From Marsupella aquatica (lineage: Eukaryota; Plantae; Marchantiophyta): a stretch of DNA of 64,000 nt. Where the stretch lies: positions 25,815,233 to 25,879,232 of the forward strand of contig OZ316892.1 of NCBI GenBank assembly GCA_973895155.1, in the 5' to 3' direction. Position numbers and translations under genes: made by a program. The notes beneath the pieces are model-generated. The model did not search any database and was not told where the DNA came from. It saw only the letters and a list, made by a program, of their open reading frames with translations. This document shows, piece after piece, positions 26,773 to 44,382 of the stretch. Numbering within the stretch: the stretch's first letter is position 1; every line of letters begins with the position of its first letter.

Positions 26773-29501
26773 AGAACCATAAATGCTTCTTGATCTTACT
26801 GGGGTGCAAGCTTTTGCATGACTATCGAGTAAGGTAAGACAATGGGACTTATTCTACCACATGGATAATCTGGGGGGTGTAGTTCTGGCAGCCGATTAAT
26901 CCAATGAGCAAGCTCAACATCCTTCATTAGGTCCTCCGCGTACTGCACTTGACAGACAATCCAACAGCAATTGATGAGTTTTACAGATATCTGATTTATA
27001 AATCAATGAAAATATGGCTTTTTAAACAATTGTAGCTCCTTGAATCGACTAGTACGATGCAAATGAAATTAAACCACCACTAACATTAGACCACATCAAA
27101 AGTTCTAGTCATTTAGAAACATGGCACCTATTTCCAAATGGTTTTCTCCATGACGACATTGTACAAAATCAACCTGGAAGGACCGAGTTGTGAGTCCGGT
27201 TGTGGAGGCTGTTGTAGCATCAGTTACACATCTTCCGCAAAGCTTCCATACCACAAAGTCATGCCTGAACAGATCAAGAAATCGTTTTCAGATTTTTAAT
27301 GATGGACTGTGAGCAAAATACGACTGTGGGCTCGGTATTTTAGGCCGAGCAAGTTGGGTTCTACAGACAGAAATTTTGGATTGGTGGACGAGTGCCTTCC
27401 TATAATGGCAAGGAGCAGACAGGGTAACTAAAGCATTTGAGGTCTGAAAGAGGGTTTCTTAAAACAGGAGGAAAATAAGTACCCTCCAAGTAGCAAATCC
27501 TGGCAATTTTCAACTGATTCTGCTTCATGTTTGTCGAGCCATCGCAGTTTGGCAAGAACACTGCCAGTCCACGGGATTGGCAAGTGTTAATCTCATATAT
27601 GACTTAGAACCCAATATCTCAATGAATGCTCCCGTTCGACTCTTTAGGAAAAATCGGACAAACACTTATCGTCTCCAAGAGAGTCAAAGAGACGTACCTC
27701 GACGCACCTTGGAAAAACCCTGTAACGGACGCCACATTACCAGCTCCCCCTGCAAGCCTAGCAATCTTGATATCCAGCAACTCTGCCACTGTTACTGCCA
27801 TGAAAATCCTAAGATTTCAACTGTATGATAATAGAGATAGCTATCTGCTCCCATCTCCACACGAAGACTAGAAAACACGAAGGATCATTGATAAGTTGAC
27901 CGGATGCCTAAGAAGCCCCACAATTAACAAGTTGCAGCAGAAACAACTCTTAAGTCTTCCGGAGATCTAGCTGCGATAAGTTTCAGCTCCTTCATAAACT
28001 CATTCATGTTACACTTTGTACCAGAAAAGTATGTAACATTTAAGATAATTTCAGTTGCCACATCAAAGTAATTGCATGAGAGGGCAAATCTGGACTTCAG
28101 AATCAACAAATTTATCTGTGAGAACAGGTTTTGAACATTGATTTACCTCATCTGCCTCGAGTTCTGCTCGAGCATCTGAGTACAGTATTGCCTTCGATCT
28201 CGTCCGCATTCCAGGCTGCCATAGTGAGAAGGAAGTGCGAAACAATAAAAGCCGCGTCACTCTTCTACTCGTGTAAGTGTTTACGAATAGTCTTCAAGTG
28301 GTCTTCATACAATCTGCGCTTTGCCATTGTAATCCGTTTGATAACGCAAAAACTACTTTTCACGGAAACTTACGTTTTTGTGCAATCTCCTAGTCGATCT
28401 AGTTCGCTTGGTCGTAGCATTATTACTTGTATTTGGACTTTGTCAGGGTGAGCCTAATATATGGGTAAAACCTTCAAAGCAACCCAGCATTGAGCATGCC
28501 TCTTCACTTCAACCAATTTCGTCCTTCTGACTGAGAAACTTCGTTTAGGTTGCGAGAAGAAAATACCTGCGGAAGAAGAATGACGTCCTGCATTTGCCCT
28601 GTCACTGCAATACAACATACTTGGGCTACGCTTATTCCCTTGGCTACAGCTGCAGAGCTTCCTAAACAGGACCAGACGGCATTCTTGGTTGCCAACCACC
28701 AACTTTCTTGATCCTGTTCCACACTAGCGACCACGCCTCTGCAGTGATGCACTATGCGAGTCAACTCGGGTATCCGTGGTTGCGTCGAAACGCTAATAGA
28801 AAATTGTGAAGACAAACAGATTATCTCCTCTAGGAGGCGTAAACATCAATGTCGATGGTCGTATCAAAATCAATTATTTCGCTCCACTCTTCTCCATGCT
28901 ACAGAGTCCCCACCGTTTAATTTAGAGAGACGAGCCCTCAATATTGCTTACTTCACTTGGTTCTCTGATTGAAAAAGTAGTAATTTCCGAGGAAAGATGA
29001 CTTCCTGCAGTGCCCCTAACATTGACTTTGAAGCTTGCCTCTAGACAATGGAAAACCGTAGGGACTCAGTTCGCTGAACCACATTAAAGTATACTCTATC
29101 GGACACGGGAAAACTCAAATTGGTTTGGACATTCCAGTAGAAAAGAGGAAATGGTCTAAGTTAGAAAATGGAACCATTGCTGAGCTTAGCCTGGTTACTT
29201 ACGCAGAATTCGAGGGTGCTGGATGAAAAGCAAAAGCAGAAGCCGACACATTTCCGAGAGAAGAAATTAGAGCTGCTTTAGTACCTCCCGTGCCTACATC
29301 GATCGCAAGGACCCACTCCTTGCCCGGCATTGCTGCCGCGACGCTCAAGTGCCTGCTCCTCGAGAGAAGGGGAGAGCCATTTTGGCCGCATCTTTGCCAT
29401 CCGTGTGACTTCTGCTGGAGCTGGACGCTCCGGGATGTCCTCAACCCTATGCTTCCGCACCATAGAAGATGATGACGCGGGAGAGCCTGACCTACTGGCA
29501 T
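22302..29501 (-). CDS. FGGY-family carbohydrate kinase, xylulokinase-like, multi-exon, with N-terminal transit-peptide-like extension
   Basis: Exon 1 29501-29203 (..VLAIDVGTGGTKAALIS), exon 2 28738-28567 (VEQDQESWW..IAVTGQMQD). Then exons with AILYSDARA, SVLAKLRWLDKHE, TDATTASTTGL, GDAGA, YLGTSG/WVAGS, FTLAHP, GERCPFEDRHARACFLG, VMEGVAF, VVGGGAR/SPLW and GVKGAALLAG. Last exon 22465-22302. Not every internal boundary is resolved. Confidence 0.9.
23168..23295. repeat. ~66-bp intronic tandem duplication
   Basis: gggcactagatggcagccttttcacatgtta.agctgtcaagctgttcaaaggaaatgcca occurs twice. Confidence 0.9.
23566..23731. repeat. ~88-bp intronic tandem duplication
   Basis: atccataaaa(a)gggcataaaccggcataagcca...gcatgacatttaaaaccaa occurs twice. 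Confidence 0.9.
26716..26781. repeat. (AT)22 microsatellite inside a perfect 66-bp palindrome
   Basis: tatggttctcc-(at)22-ggagaaccata. Confidence 0.95.
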
Positions 29502-31652
29502 TTTGCCGGAATATTTCTGTTTCTCCTTCTGCGGAATCTCTGGTCAGAAAGCTACTTCTGTACCAGTAATTATAGACGCTGCAATGCCAAAAGCAAAGGA
29601 TTTGAGCGGAGCGAGAAGCATGAACTGAACAGTGACAGTTGAACATGAGACATTCGTTTCCGTCCCATATCTGGAGTAGACATTTTCAGGGAAGGAACTG
29701 TAAGTTTGAAACGAACGAGTACGAGAGTGGTTCAGAAACAGAGGAAGAGGAAGATGAAGACATAGGCAAATGATGGCGCTGAATGCTCAATACGCGATTT
29801 CCACAACTTTCGGTGGTTCTCTGCCCAAATTCAAAACTCTCCAACGCTTTTCTCTCGCAGGTCCGCCCACCCATCCATCAGGCGTTGAGTCGTCGGGGTA
29901 TAATTACGGCTAGAAGCTAGGATACGACTAGGGCCGTTGAACAGTCAGAACAGATCGGAGATCGCAGGGGTATCATTTGGTACAGCATCTGGAAGTTAAA
30001 ACGACACAAATAGTGAAATAGGGCATATATGAACGCCAGAAAGTGAGTACGGTGTAGAGAGTAGATCACCATGAAATCAGCTCGGCACATCTCCTGAATT
30101 GTTAGCTGCGCGCCAAGTGCGGAAAGCGCACCTTATTACAGTGGCTGCTTCGAGTACACTAGATTGCTCTCTACACTAGTACGAGCGTCCGCATACAAAA
30201 TAAAACAGAACCTGCGACTTTGATAAGGCAATTCAATTTCCATCAGCACTCCCTTGCAAATTCCATGGTACAGAGAGTGACTCCATGTGCCGAGAAATGC
30301 TCTCTGATGTTTAAGGCATCTGAGCTAGTTCTATGAAAGCAATGCAAGCTTCACCTCTTTGATTCGAGGGTGATTTGCAAAGTATAACAAAGGTTCAATA
30401 TGTGTTATAATTGCAAAAGTCATAATATTGCTGTGTGAGAGTCCTGCGTCATGGGGTTGCCCATCAGTTTATTTGTCAATGAGAAGATGTACCACAGCTG
30501 GCCAGCACGACACATTAGTGAGGGTCAAACAGCAACGGTCAAATATCGAGCATCATTGAGATACTAAGTGTAACAGTTATATGTCGTATCATCCGCGACG
30601 AGATTAACATGATAGGGATTGTGCTATAATCTAGAAATACCGGAATTGATAGCCAACTTTCTATTCAATTGCCCAAGGTGATGAAATCAACCTTCAGAAC
30701 AATTCGATCAGCTGATTTTGACTGGTTATTATTCCTGAGGATATTATCCTTCTCCTCCATTATTCTTGATCGGATCCAGGAATTCGTTCAGATGAATTTT
30801 GTCGAGAATCAAATAGTTCGATCAAACCTTGAAAGTGGTTTAAATCACAGGTTCAGATTTCAGGATGTAAAGACCCCGTACGTTAGTGATGGGAACACTT
30901 CGACGGGGAGGCGATTGTGTTTTTTCGGAGTTACAACACGACGCGAAAATACAAAATTTATCTAATTAAAGTTCCAACCAACATGGCCACATTGACACTG
31001 AGGGGTTTGTTGGACAACCTGCGAAAAGTAGTTACAAAGGAACGCTAGTTGACGGTTGGTCCGTTCGGCCGGAATTGTCCGCGAATCCCTCCCCACGCTG
31101 ACTGGATCCTTTCCCTTCCGCCCCCATAGCCGTCGAGATAGCCGGTGGATCTGAACGACGCTCTCGCCATCGACTTCTTTCGATTTTTTATACAATCATC
31201 CCTGATATTCTGCTCCAGCCCTCCTCTGCTCTCTACAAAAGGGAGTTGCCTAGAGCCCAGAACTGCAAGCCGTAAGGTCACAGTCGACTTAGAGAATTAT
31301 AACAATCCCGTGAATTCAATTTCACGTGCAGCTAGCCGTGCTATGTAATTCACACTCGAGGGAATCCTGAGAATTGCGGAAAACGACCTCGGATCGTTTT
31401 CCTCCAGCAATTCTCGATCATTCCGTACACTCAATTGATTGTTTTCTTCACTAGATCCGCTAGTATCCAGCCAGATTCCTTTCGAGGTGATATCGTCTGC
31501 TCATCGACAATCGAGGCTTGATATGTCTTCAGTACGGAATACTTGAACCCGTACACAAGGCTGGTTGAAGCTATCGATTTGCAGCAGTGCAGTTCCACAC
31601 TGTAGTTAACTAAGAATTGAACTAACGAGAGATTTAATTTAAGCAAGCAACA

Positions 31653-37196
<5,544 letters not shown>

Positions 37197-40181
37197 AGTA
37201 AATAATCGTTGCTATGTCTTTGGAGTTCCGGCGTGATCGGAGACTGAGGTGATCACGGAGGATTACTAGAGTCAATAATCTTTGCCATCTCGTTGGAGTT
37301 CCAACCTCCATACCTGATCGGAGAGGTGATCAGAACAGAATATTTTGGCTCTACAAGTTCTTGTATTGTAGGCACGGTCGTTCTACTGGTCCAAGGTAGA
37401 CTTGCGAACTTGTATCACATAATGCTCGATCTATGGGTGATCATTAACCCAATGTTCACGTAGATATGACACCATGTTCGCATGAGATTATAAAGGTATC
37501 GGCACATATGTAAGTTCAAGTTCTGCAAAGAAGATAGTCATGCCCCGATGGACTGGCAGCTTGTCCATGATACGTTCATGGATTGGCTAAAACTGTCATG
37601 GAGCCTAGGAGAAGATCTAAACTTTCCTGGATAGCATCCAGCTGAAAAATGACCTGTAAATGATAGACAACAGGGGCTACCGGTCTTCAATTGTCGCATG
37701 CCTTTTGTCACAGAGGTGCGCCTTCAGTAGTTGATGAGTGCCCATAGTAGTTGAGTGGCACACCCTACTTGTACTCACGGCGCCTGGACTGCATTTTTCT
37801 GAATGACACTACTTTTTCCAGGCAGAAGCCCATTTGTTTGAACGACTTGTAGACCTTCGTTTGGTCTGAAATTTTGCAGCATCTATCTTCGATATTCAAG
37901 TTACTTAACTTTTACAGGTTTTGGAGGTGTCAATGGAGGATAGTATAATTATATAAAGTCATTTGCTGTATACTAAGAGACAAAACATGAAGCGTCTTCC
38001 AGGATGATATAATCCCAGTCCAGTCCACCGATGACTGAGCTAATGAACACAAGCAATTGGCTTCAGGGTTCGAATACATTATTTACTTCGATTATAAGCA
38101 ATCTCACCCAATCCTGTTCATGGTTTGTTTATAAATTCTAAAGGAGGGGAAATCATCCAGCCATCAGATGTTTTCCCGGGTGGCCAGTCGGTTGGATTGA
38201 CTGCACTGGGATTCCACAGAGGGGTCTATTGTCTTGGGAGGAGGGTTGTAGGTACAATGTGCTGGCTGGTAGGGGGTATATGTGTGAATCGAAATATATA
38301 GCTCCTCCAGCCCGGCGGGAACATAGCTTGTTATTTTGTCTTGAATGTACCATATTTAAAAGCCGTATATTATATCGTAATGAGCTTAATTAAAGAGTGA
38401 ACCATTCTTACAAGTGATAAATATGGTGACAGGCTTATGGCTAAAGTTTGGGTATAAAAGTAGTAATTGTAATTAATATTAATAACTAACTCATATTAAT
38501 TGTATAACATGTACTTTCTAGAGAGCTTCACATAGCACACTTATATGCATTCTTATTTGGAGTAGAAAGGTACAAAGTAAAACCTCTTCATTATAATAAA
38601 AAGTTAGGCATTTATATGTAGACTTTAAGACTCTGGTGTGGGAAAAGGTGGTCCTGGGTCCAACCTTGCCAGATACAAGGCTTATACTGATTTAAGCCGT
38701 GAAAGACATTCTGAACTCTCTTTACAATATAATATGATTGAAATGAGTCCATGCATGAGTCAATCTAAACAGGAAGGAGGTCTAAGCGAGCTTTTGTAGA
38801 CGAAGACTCTCTTGTTGACTCTAAGATCCAGACACTAGAGAGAGAGTGTGTCTCTCAGTGCACTCTCATATCCAGACTCCTCTGTTGGCACAGTTTAGTC
38901 AAGCAGTCAATCTAAACCGGAAGGAAGGAGTGGTTTGGGTCTGACTTTAGCTCACTCAAGCTGGTCTGGTCTGAGTCAACTGCCTTTACAGGGTAGGATC
39001 TAGGTAGAACCTTTCTAGGCAGGACTCTAACGAACAATATGGTACATGTGTAGGTTGGAAAAGTATAAGTACAGTTAACTCTCTCTAAGTGCACACTCTC
39101 AGGGAAGAAGGATCCAGGCATGTACTAAACCAGGAGTTGCATTCTTTGATAAGCGCACCCCCTAAAAAGTGTATTTATCAATAAGTGTGCTTGATTTAGA
39201 TTCCTTAGGTGTAATAGATAGGGAGAGTTTGGGGGGGGGGGGAGCAAGAGTTGAGGCAAGTCAGAGCTCTAGCAACAAATGAAGTGAGACAAATTTAGAA
39301 GCTTGCGGGCACATTGTGTGAAGGTATTGCCGGAAGCAGAAAAACTCAAATGAAACCCACTTGTTTCCTCCCCCCTCCCATTTTGTTTTAATTTCCTTGT
39401 CTCCTCAGGTGCCCAGTGTTACTTTTTCCCTTCTCTCCCTCCTTGCCAACCCCTCTCACACTCCCTTTCCCAAGAAAAGAAACAGGTTGGGTGCAAGGTG
39501 TTATCAATGTGAAATGCTTAGGAGGACACAAAATATTATGGGCAAGGAAGTGTCAGGTGTCAGTTTGGTTGCAAGGAAATTAATGCTAGAGGGAAGACAA
39601 AAACAATTCTTGGAACAAAAAGGAATACTCCTTACAAACAGAAGAATAAGGAGGGTGATGCAAAGAATAAAATGGAAAACAAAAGTATAAGTAAAGTTGA
39701 AATGACGGCCAAAGAGAAGCAGATGAATGTGGGAGGTTGAATTCCCAGGAGAAATCAGTTCAACCCACTCCCAAAAGAAAAACCAAAAAGAAGCCCAGAA
39801 AAGTTAAATTACCCACAATAGACTTCTCATATACCTGTACTGCCAAATTAAGGTGCAAGGTCAAAACTTCAGGCACAGTCGGCTCTCTCTAAGCACACAC
39901 TCCATAAGCACTTACCCTTGATTAATGCAGGTCATTCTGTTCTTCCCTTTTTTCTAAGCGCACACAGGGCTAAAATCATTTCACTAAACCACAACTTTAT
40001 AAGTGCTTACCCTTGAAATCATCTCTATGCTCTTATCAATAAATGCACAAAATCATGAAAATTGCATTTACAGATAAATGGATGCCTCTTGCTTTCAAGT
40101 TGCAGTCATCAGCCTCATTGACAACCCTTGCTTTCACCTTGCAACCATCTCCCCTATTAGACAACTAGATCTTCATGCCAT

Positions 40182-40481
40182 GACAACATTTTCACAAGGA
40201 CACACTATTTCTGCTCACAACAATTTTGCAACAAGGACCCAAAGACCACACTTTCTCTAGTCACAACATTTTTGCAACAAGGACCCAAATACCACACTTT
40301 TTCTGCTCACAGCATTTTTGCAACAAGGACCCAAAGACCAAACTTTTTTTGCTCACAACATATATTTGCAACAAGGACCCAAATACCACTTTTTCTGCTC
40401 ACAACATATTTGTAACAAGGACCCAAATATCACACTTTTTCTGCTCACAACATTTTCGCAACAAGGACGCAAATACCACAC
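40182..40481. repeat. ~45-bp minisatellite, ~6.5 copies
   Basis: ttt(c)tgctcacaacatttttgcaacaaggacccaaa(t/g)accacac repeated head to tail with no unique spacers. Confidence 0.92.
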
Positions 40482-41092
40482 CGCAAGTATTGGGCCAGTG
40501 GCTTCAGATTCCCAAACCCTAGAGAGGGCTTTACAAAAGGAAATTTCTGTCCATCCTCCGTCCAAATGCCTATCCGATGGTTGGTGGTGTAGGGTGACTG
40601 TGGACCGTGCCTCAGATGCACGGGATATTCTCCTGTGAGCTAGGATATTCATGGCTCTGTAGATCTGTCGGCCTCCTTTCATCAGTGCTTCACCAGAGGT
40701 ACAGAGTGTTATTTACTCTGTAGCTTGAGGAATTCGCTGTGCAGAATTTGCTATGCAGAATTTGTCGTGCACTTGCCAACCTGCCTGTCTTTCGTAATCA
40801 CCCTCCCTGTGGAATCGCCGTGTGCCTGGACGTTGCTGGGAACGTCAGAGCCTCGCTGCCTGAGCGTGAAGTTCCAATTCATGAAGACGTGACGCTCGAA
40901 TTGATTTGACGAGGAAGAGACTCCGGTATAGCTTTCGAATTAGTGTGACGAGGAGGGACGCGACATTGTGTTAGGCGGGAGTGACTGCCAATTTCTTTTC
41001 AGCTTCTGGAGAATTGTCTGTGTTCATCAGTGCTCATCAGGGGTAAAGGGCGGGCGGAGCAAAGTTTTGTGCTGGAAGGTTGGCAACCGGGA

Positions 41093-44000
41093 ATGTTCCG
41101 GATGCCATCCCCGGCACTCATGAAATCGCTCTATGCAGGAGGAGCATCTGGTGCCCGCACGCTCACATTTTTCAAGAAGAAGGGAGGAGGAGCGGAAGTT
41201 GAAGCTCCTCATAGACAGGATTGTTGGTTACGACCAGCCAGAGGTTGTGGTTCTGGCCCTGGCTCTCTACTGCTGGTCAGTCGCACGGCCGAGACCTTTG
41301 CGGCAAGCAAGTATGGCGAGGGCTTGAGCGTTGAGTCGGCGGCGGTCAGCTCCGTCCGTGCACCGTTTAAGAACCTCTGTTCAAAATCTCCGTCTTCTGT
41401 TCTATTAGCTGCTCACCGACTGAATCAGAGATTTGGAGCGTCTATGATGGTGTCCTCTATGAATCAATCGGCGGCCGTAGCTTCGGACGAAGCACAAAGT
41501 TCTGACGAAGACATGGACAAGTTTGTCGATGTCGCTCACAAAATGGCGGACGCTGCAGGACAGATCATTCGCCAGTTTTTCCGGACTAAGATCGACATTT
41601 TAGACAAGGATGATGCAAGTGAGTCTTCTAACTCTTCAAGGAAAGCAACCTCGATCGTTGGTTGGCATGTCAACAGCGTCAATTGTCACGAACAAACAAT
41701 GTCGCTAGCGAAAATAACAAGAGATGAATTTACATCCCAGTAATGTACAATCCCGTCATACTCTGGAACCTCTTTAGACGGTTTGCAAAGTGTAGCGTGT
41801 TGTCAAATTACCATTTGATCCGACAATAGAACTTGTACATCAACACACAACTGTTATCTCTTGAGAATGAAGTGGGGCAAGTTATTCTCTTGAGCTTACG
41901 AATGTGTGGGCTTTCGATAATTTGTAGGTCCAGTGACTATCGCTGACAGGAGAGCAGAGTCTGCAATGAGTCTTCTTATAAGCCAGCATTTTCCAACTCA
42001 TGGAATGTATGTGCTATCACTTTTTTGTTCACCTTGCTCGTCACACCTCACGATCCATTCGCATAAACTTCACGTTTTTCCAGCGCTTACTCAGTCAAAT
42101 GAGTTTTTTTCTCCCCTATTGAGGTCTTATAGACGTCTTTTCTTGATTTACCTGTCCCTTCTAATCGTTCATCGGTCTTACAATACCTCAAAATTCATCC
42201 GAATGCGAGTCATCGGCAGAGTAAATCCTTGCCGATGATCGCACTCCCGTCAAGTATCTGTTCAAGATGTTCATTGGTCTCACGGAGGCATACTTACTAG
42301 TGAGTTGAATTCGTTATGCAGATATGGAGAAGAAGGTGGATTATCGATGCCTGAAAAGAGGACAGAATATGTATGGGTACTGGATCCTATCGATGGCACC
42401 AAGAGTTTCATAACAGGTGAAGATAGATAGATACCTTTGAGGAACCTTATGAAAAGGGTTAAGCCTTGACATTGTCTTGCATGTTTGTTGAACGGAGTTG
42501 TTATCTCAACCTTTATTAAAAAATCACGAACACCGTTTCAGCTGTTGCAAGTGAACTTTACCATTTGTGTTGCATGTTTTTTAGACGGAATTCCCCTCCT
42601 CAACTTTGTAAATACACGAATATTCTTGTAGCTGCTTATAAGATTGTTTGTTCTTTGAGTACATCAGTCTCCATGACATGTGGAATGCCACTGATTGCTG
42701 ACGGCACGCTTCGTATCTGTATTTAGGGAAGCCACTGTTTGGTACACTTATTGCTCTTGTTCATAAAGGGGTGCCGGTAAGTACTGTTCTTTATGTATCA
42801 ATGCACTTTTGAAATACCATTTTTACTCTTGAGTTTCCTCGTCAATTAAATCTTCTCAATGGCACGCCTTCTTGACTAAGTTCTCATTGTCACTCTTCTC
42901 GACTGAGCAGATCCTGGGAATCATCGATCAGCCAGTGCTTGGAGAAAGATGGGTTGGAATAGCAGGAAAAGAATCAACCTTAAATGGTGAACCAATAGCC
43001 TCACGTTCTTCTATCACTGCCCTTAAAGATGCCTACCTGTAAGATACCACAATTACCTGCGAATATGCTGTACTGTTGTGTCCCATTCGTTATCAGTGTA
43101 CTGTTACACTATTCTCTCGAAGTTTTGAAGAATGCAGAGCTTGCTGGCTAGATAGAACTGTAGGAAGTAAACGGAGTATCCAGGGTTTTTTTTGTCTCGA
43201 CCTTGGAAGTAATCGTATTATCATATGAATTGAATACAGGTATACAACAAGCCCTCATTTTTTTGCTGGATCTAAAGAAGCAGCCTTCATTCGAGTCAGA
43301 GATAAGGTCAGAAATGTTTCCAAAGTGTATTTTTCTTTGACTTGATTTAGTTCCAAAGCCTAGGGACTGATGACTTGTATGGGTCAGATTAAAGCTATAC
43401 GTGGTGTCTCAGTTTGTGGTTTTGACTTTGACTTTTTACTCTTTACTTCACACCTGTTTACCTTTCCCTCTTATTACAATTTCTATTGACCGTCTACTTT
43501 CCAGTCATGAGCTTTGTGGTTCTGGGCTTAGGGTCAGTAGTGGACAGGGTTCATAGACCAAGAGATGTTTCGTTTGCTGTTTGGTTTGGATGTATTTCAC
43601 CGCTGTGTTTCAGTTTCCTAATTGCGTAATTCTCATTTTCTTCATGCCAGGTGAAGACGCCCCTTTATGGATGTGATTGTTATGCATATGGCCTTCTTGC
43701 TGCTGGCCATACGGATTTGGTGGTTGAATCTGGTCTGAAGGTAAAAGAGTATGCCTATTAAAGTTTTCTACATCCAATTGTCTCTACTATTTCCCTGCCT
43801 TGAATACCTCTATGCAGATACATTTGAAATGTTTTGTTCTGCATGAACAGTCTAAAATAAACTGGGACGGTACTTGGAAACCGCAGAAGACAACATTGTA
43901 GGTTTTCTTGGCTTATTTCACGCACAAGTCAACTTGAATATATTGCCAACCAGGTTTTGATTTGAACTGTGTCATTTTGATTGCTTCCAGCCGTACGATT

Positions 44001-44382
44001 TTCTCGCCCTTGTTCCAGTCATTGAAGGGGCTGGAGGCTATATAACGGACTGGGAAGGAAAAAGCCTTAGGTTCTGGCCTAACTCAGAGTACCCATCTGT
44101 AGGTGAGTATTCCATCCTTCGCTTCCTTACCATCAGGGAGCTGCGTTAAGGTGCATCATTTCGACTTTCAAGTCTGGTCATGACAGTTGATTATAGAGGC
44201 TCTCCAATTTCCATGAAATCAATGCGTTTAAGTAGACTGTAAGTGATTGGTAGTATGTGTTGGTTTCTCCGCAGTGGTGTAAATGTTCTGAGTTTGGTGT
44301 AGGTGAAGGAGGGACTGAAGTTGCTGCAGCTGGAAGTGCCATGCTCCACAAGGCTGCTTTGGCGGCTCTTGCTTGCAAGTAG
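41093..44382 (+). CDS. HISN7: Histidinol-phosphate phosphatase / inositol monophosphatase-like 2, plastid-targeted, 9 exons
   Basis: Long Ser/Ala/Arg-rich N-terminus, then VAHKMADAAGQII, SPVTIADR.AE, YGEEGG, WVLDPIDGTKSFITGKPLFGTLI, GIIDQPVLGERW, YTTSPH, YGCDCYAYGLLA and PYDFLALVPVIEGAGG.ITDW. Stop TAG at 44380-44382. The exact start ATG is uncertain. Confidence 0.95.

Noticed and set aside
40182-40481. CRISPR-like array
   Set aside because: Units are contiguous with no unique spacers, there are no cas genes, and the context is eukaryotic; it is a minisatellite.
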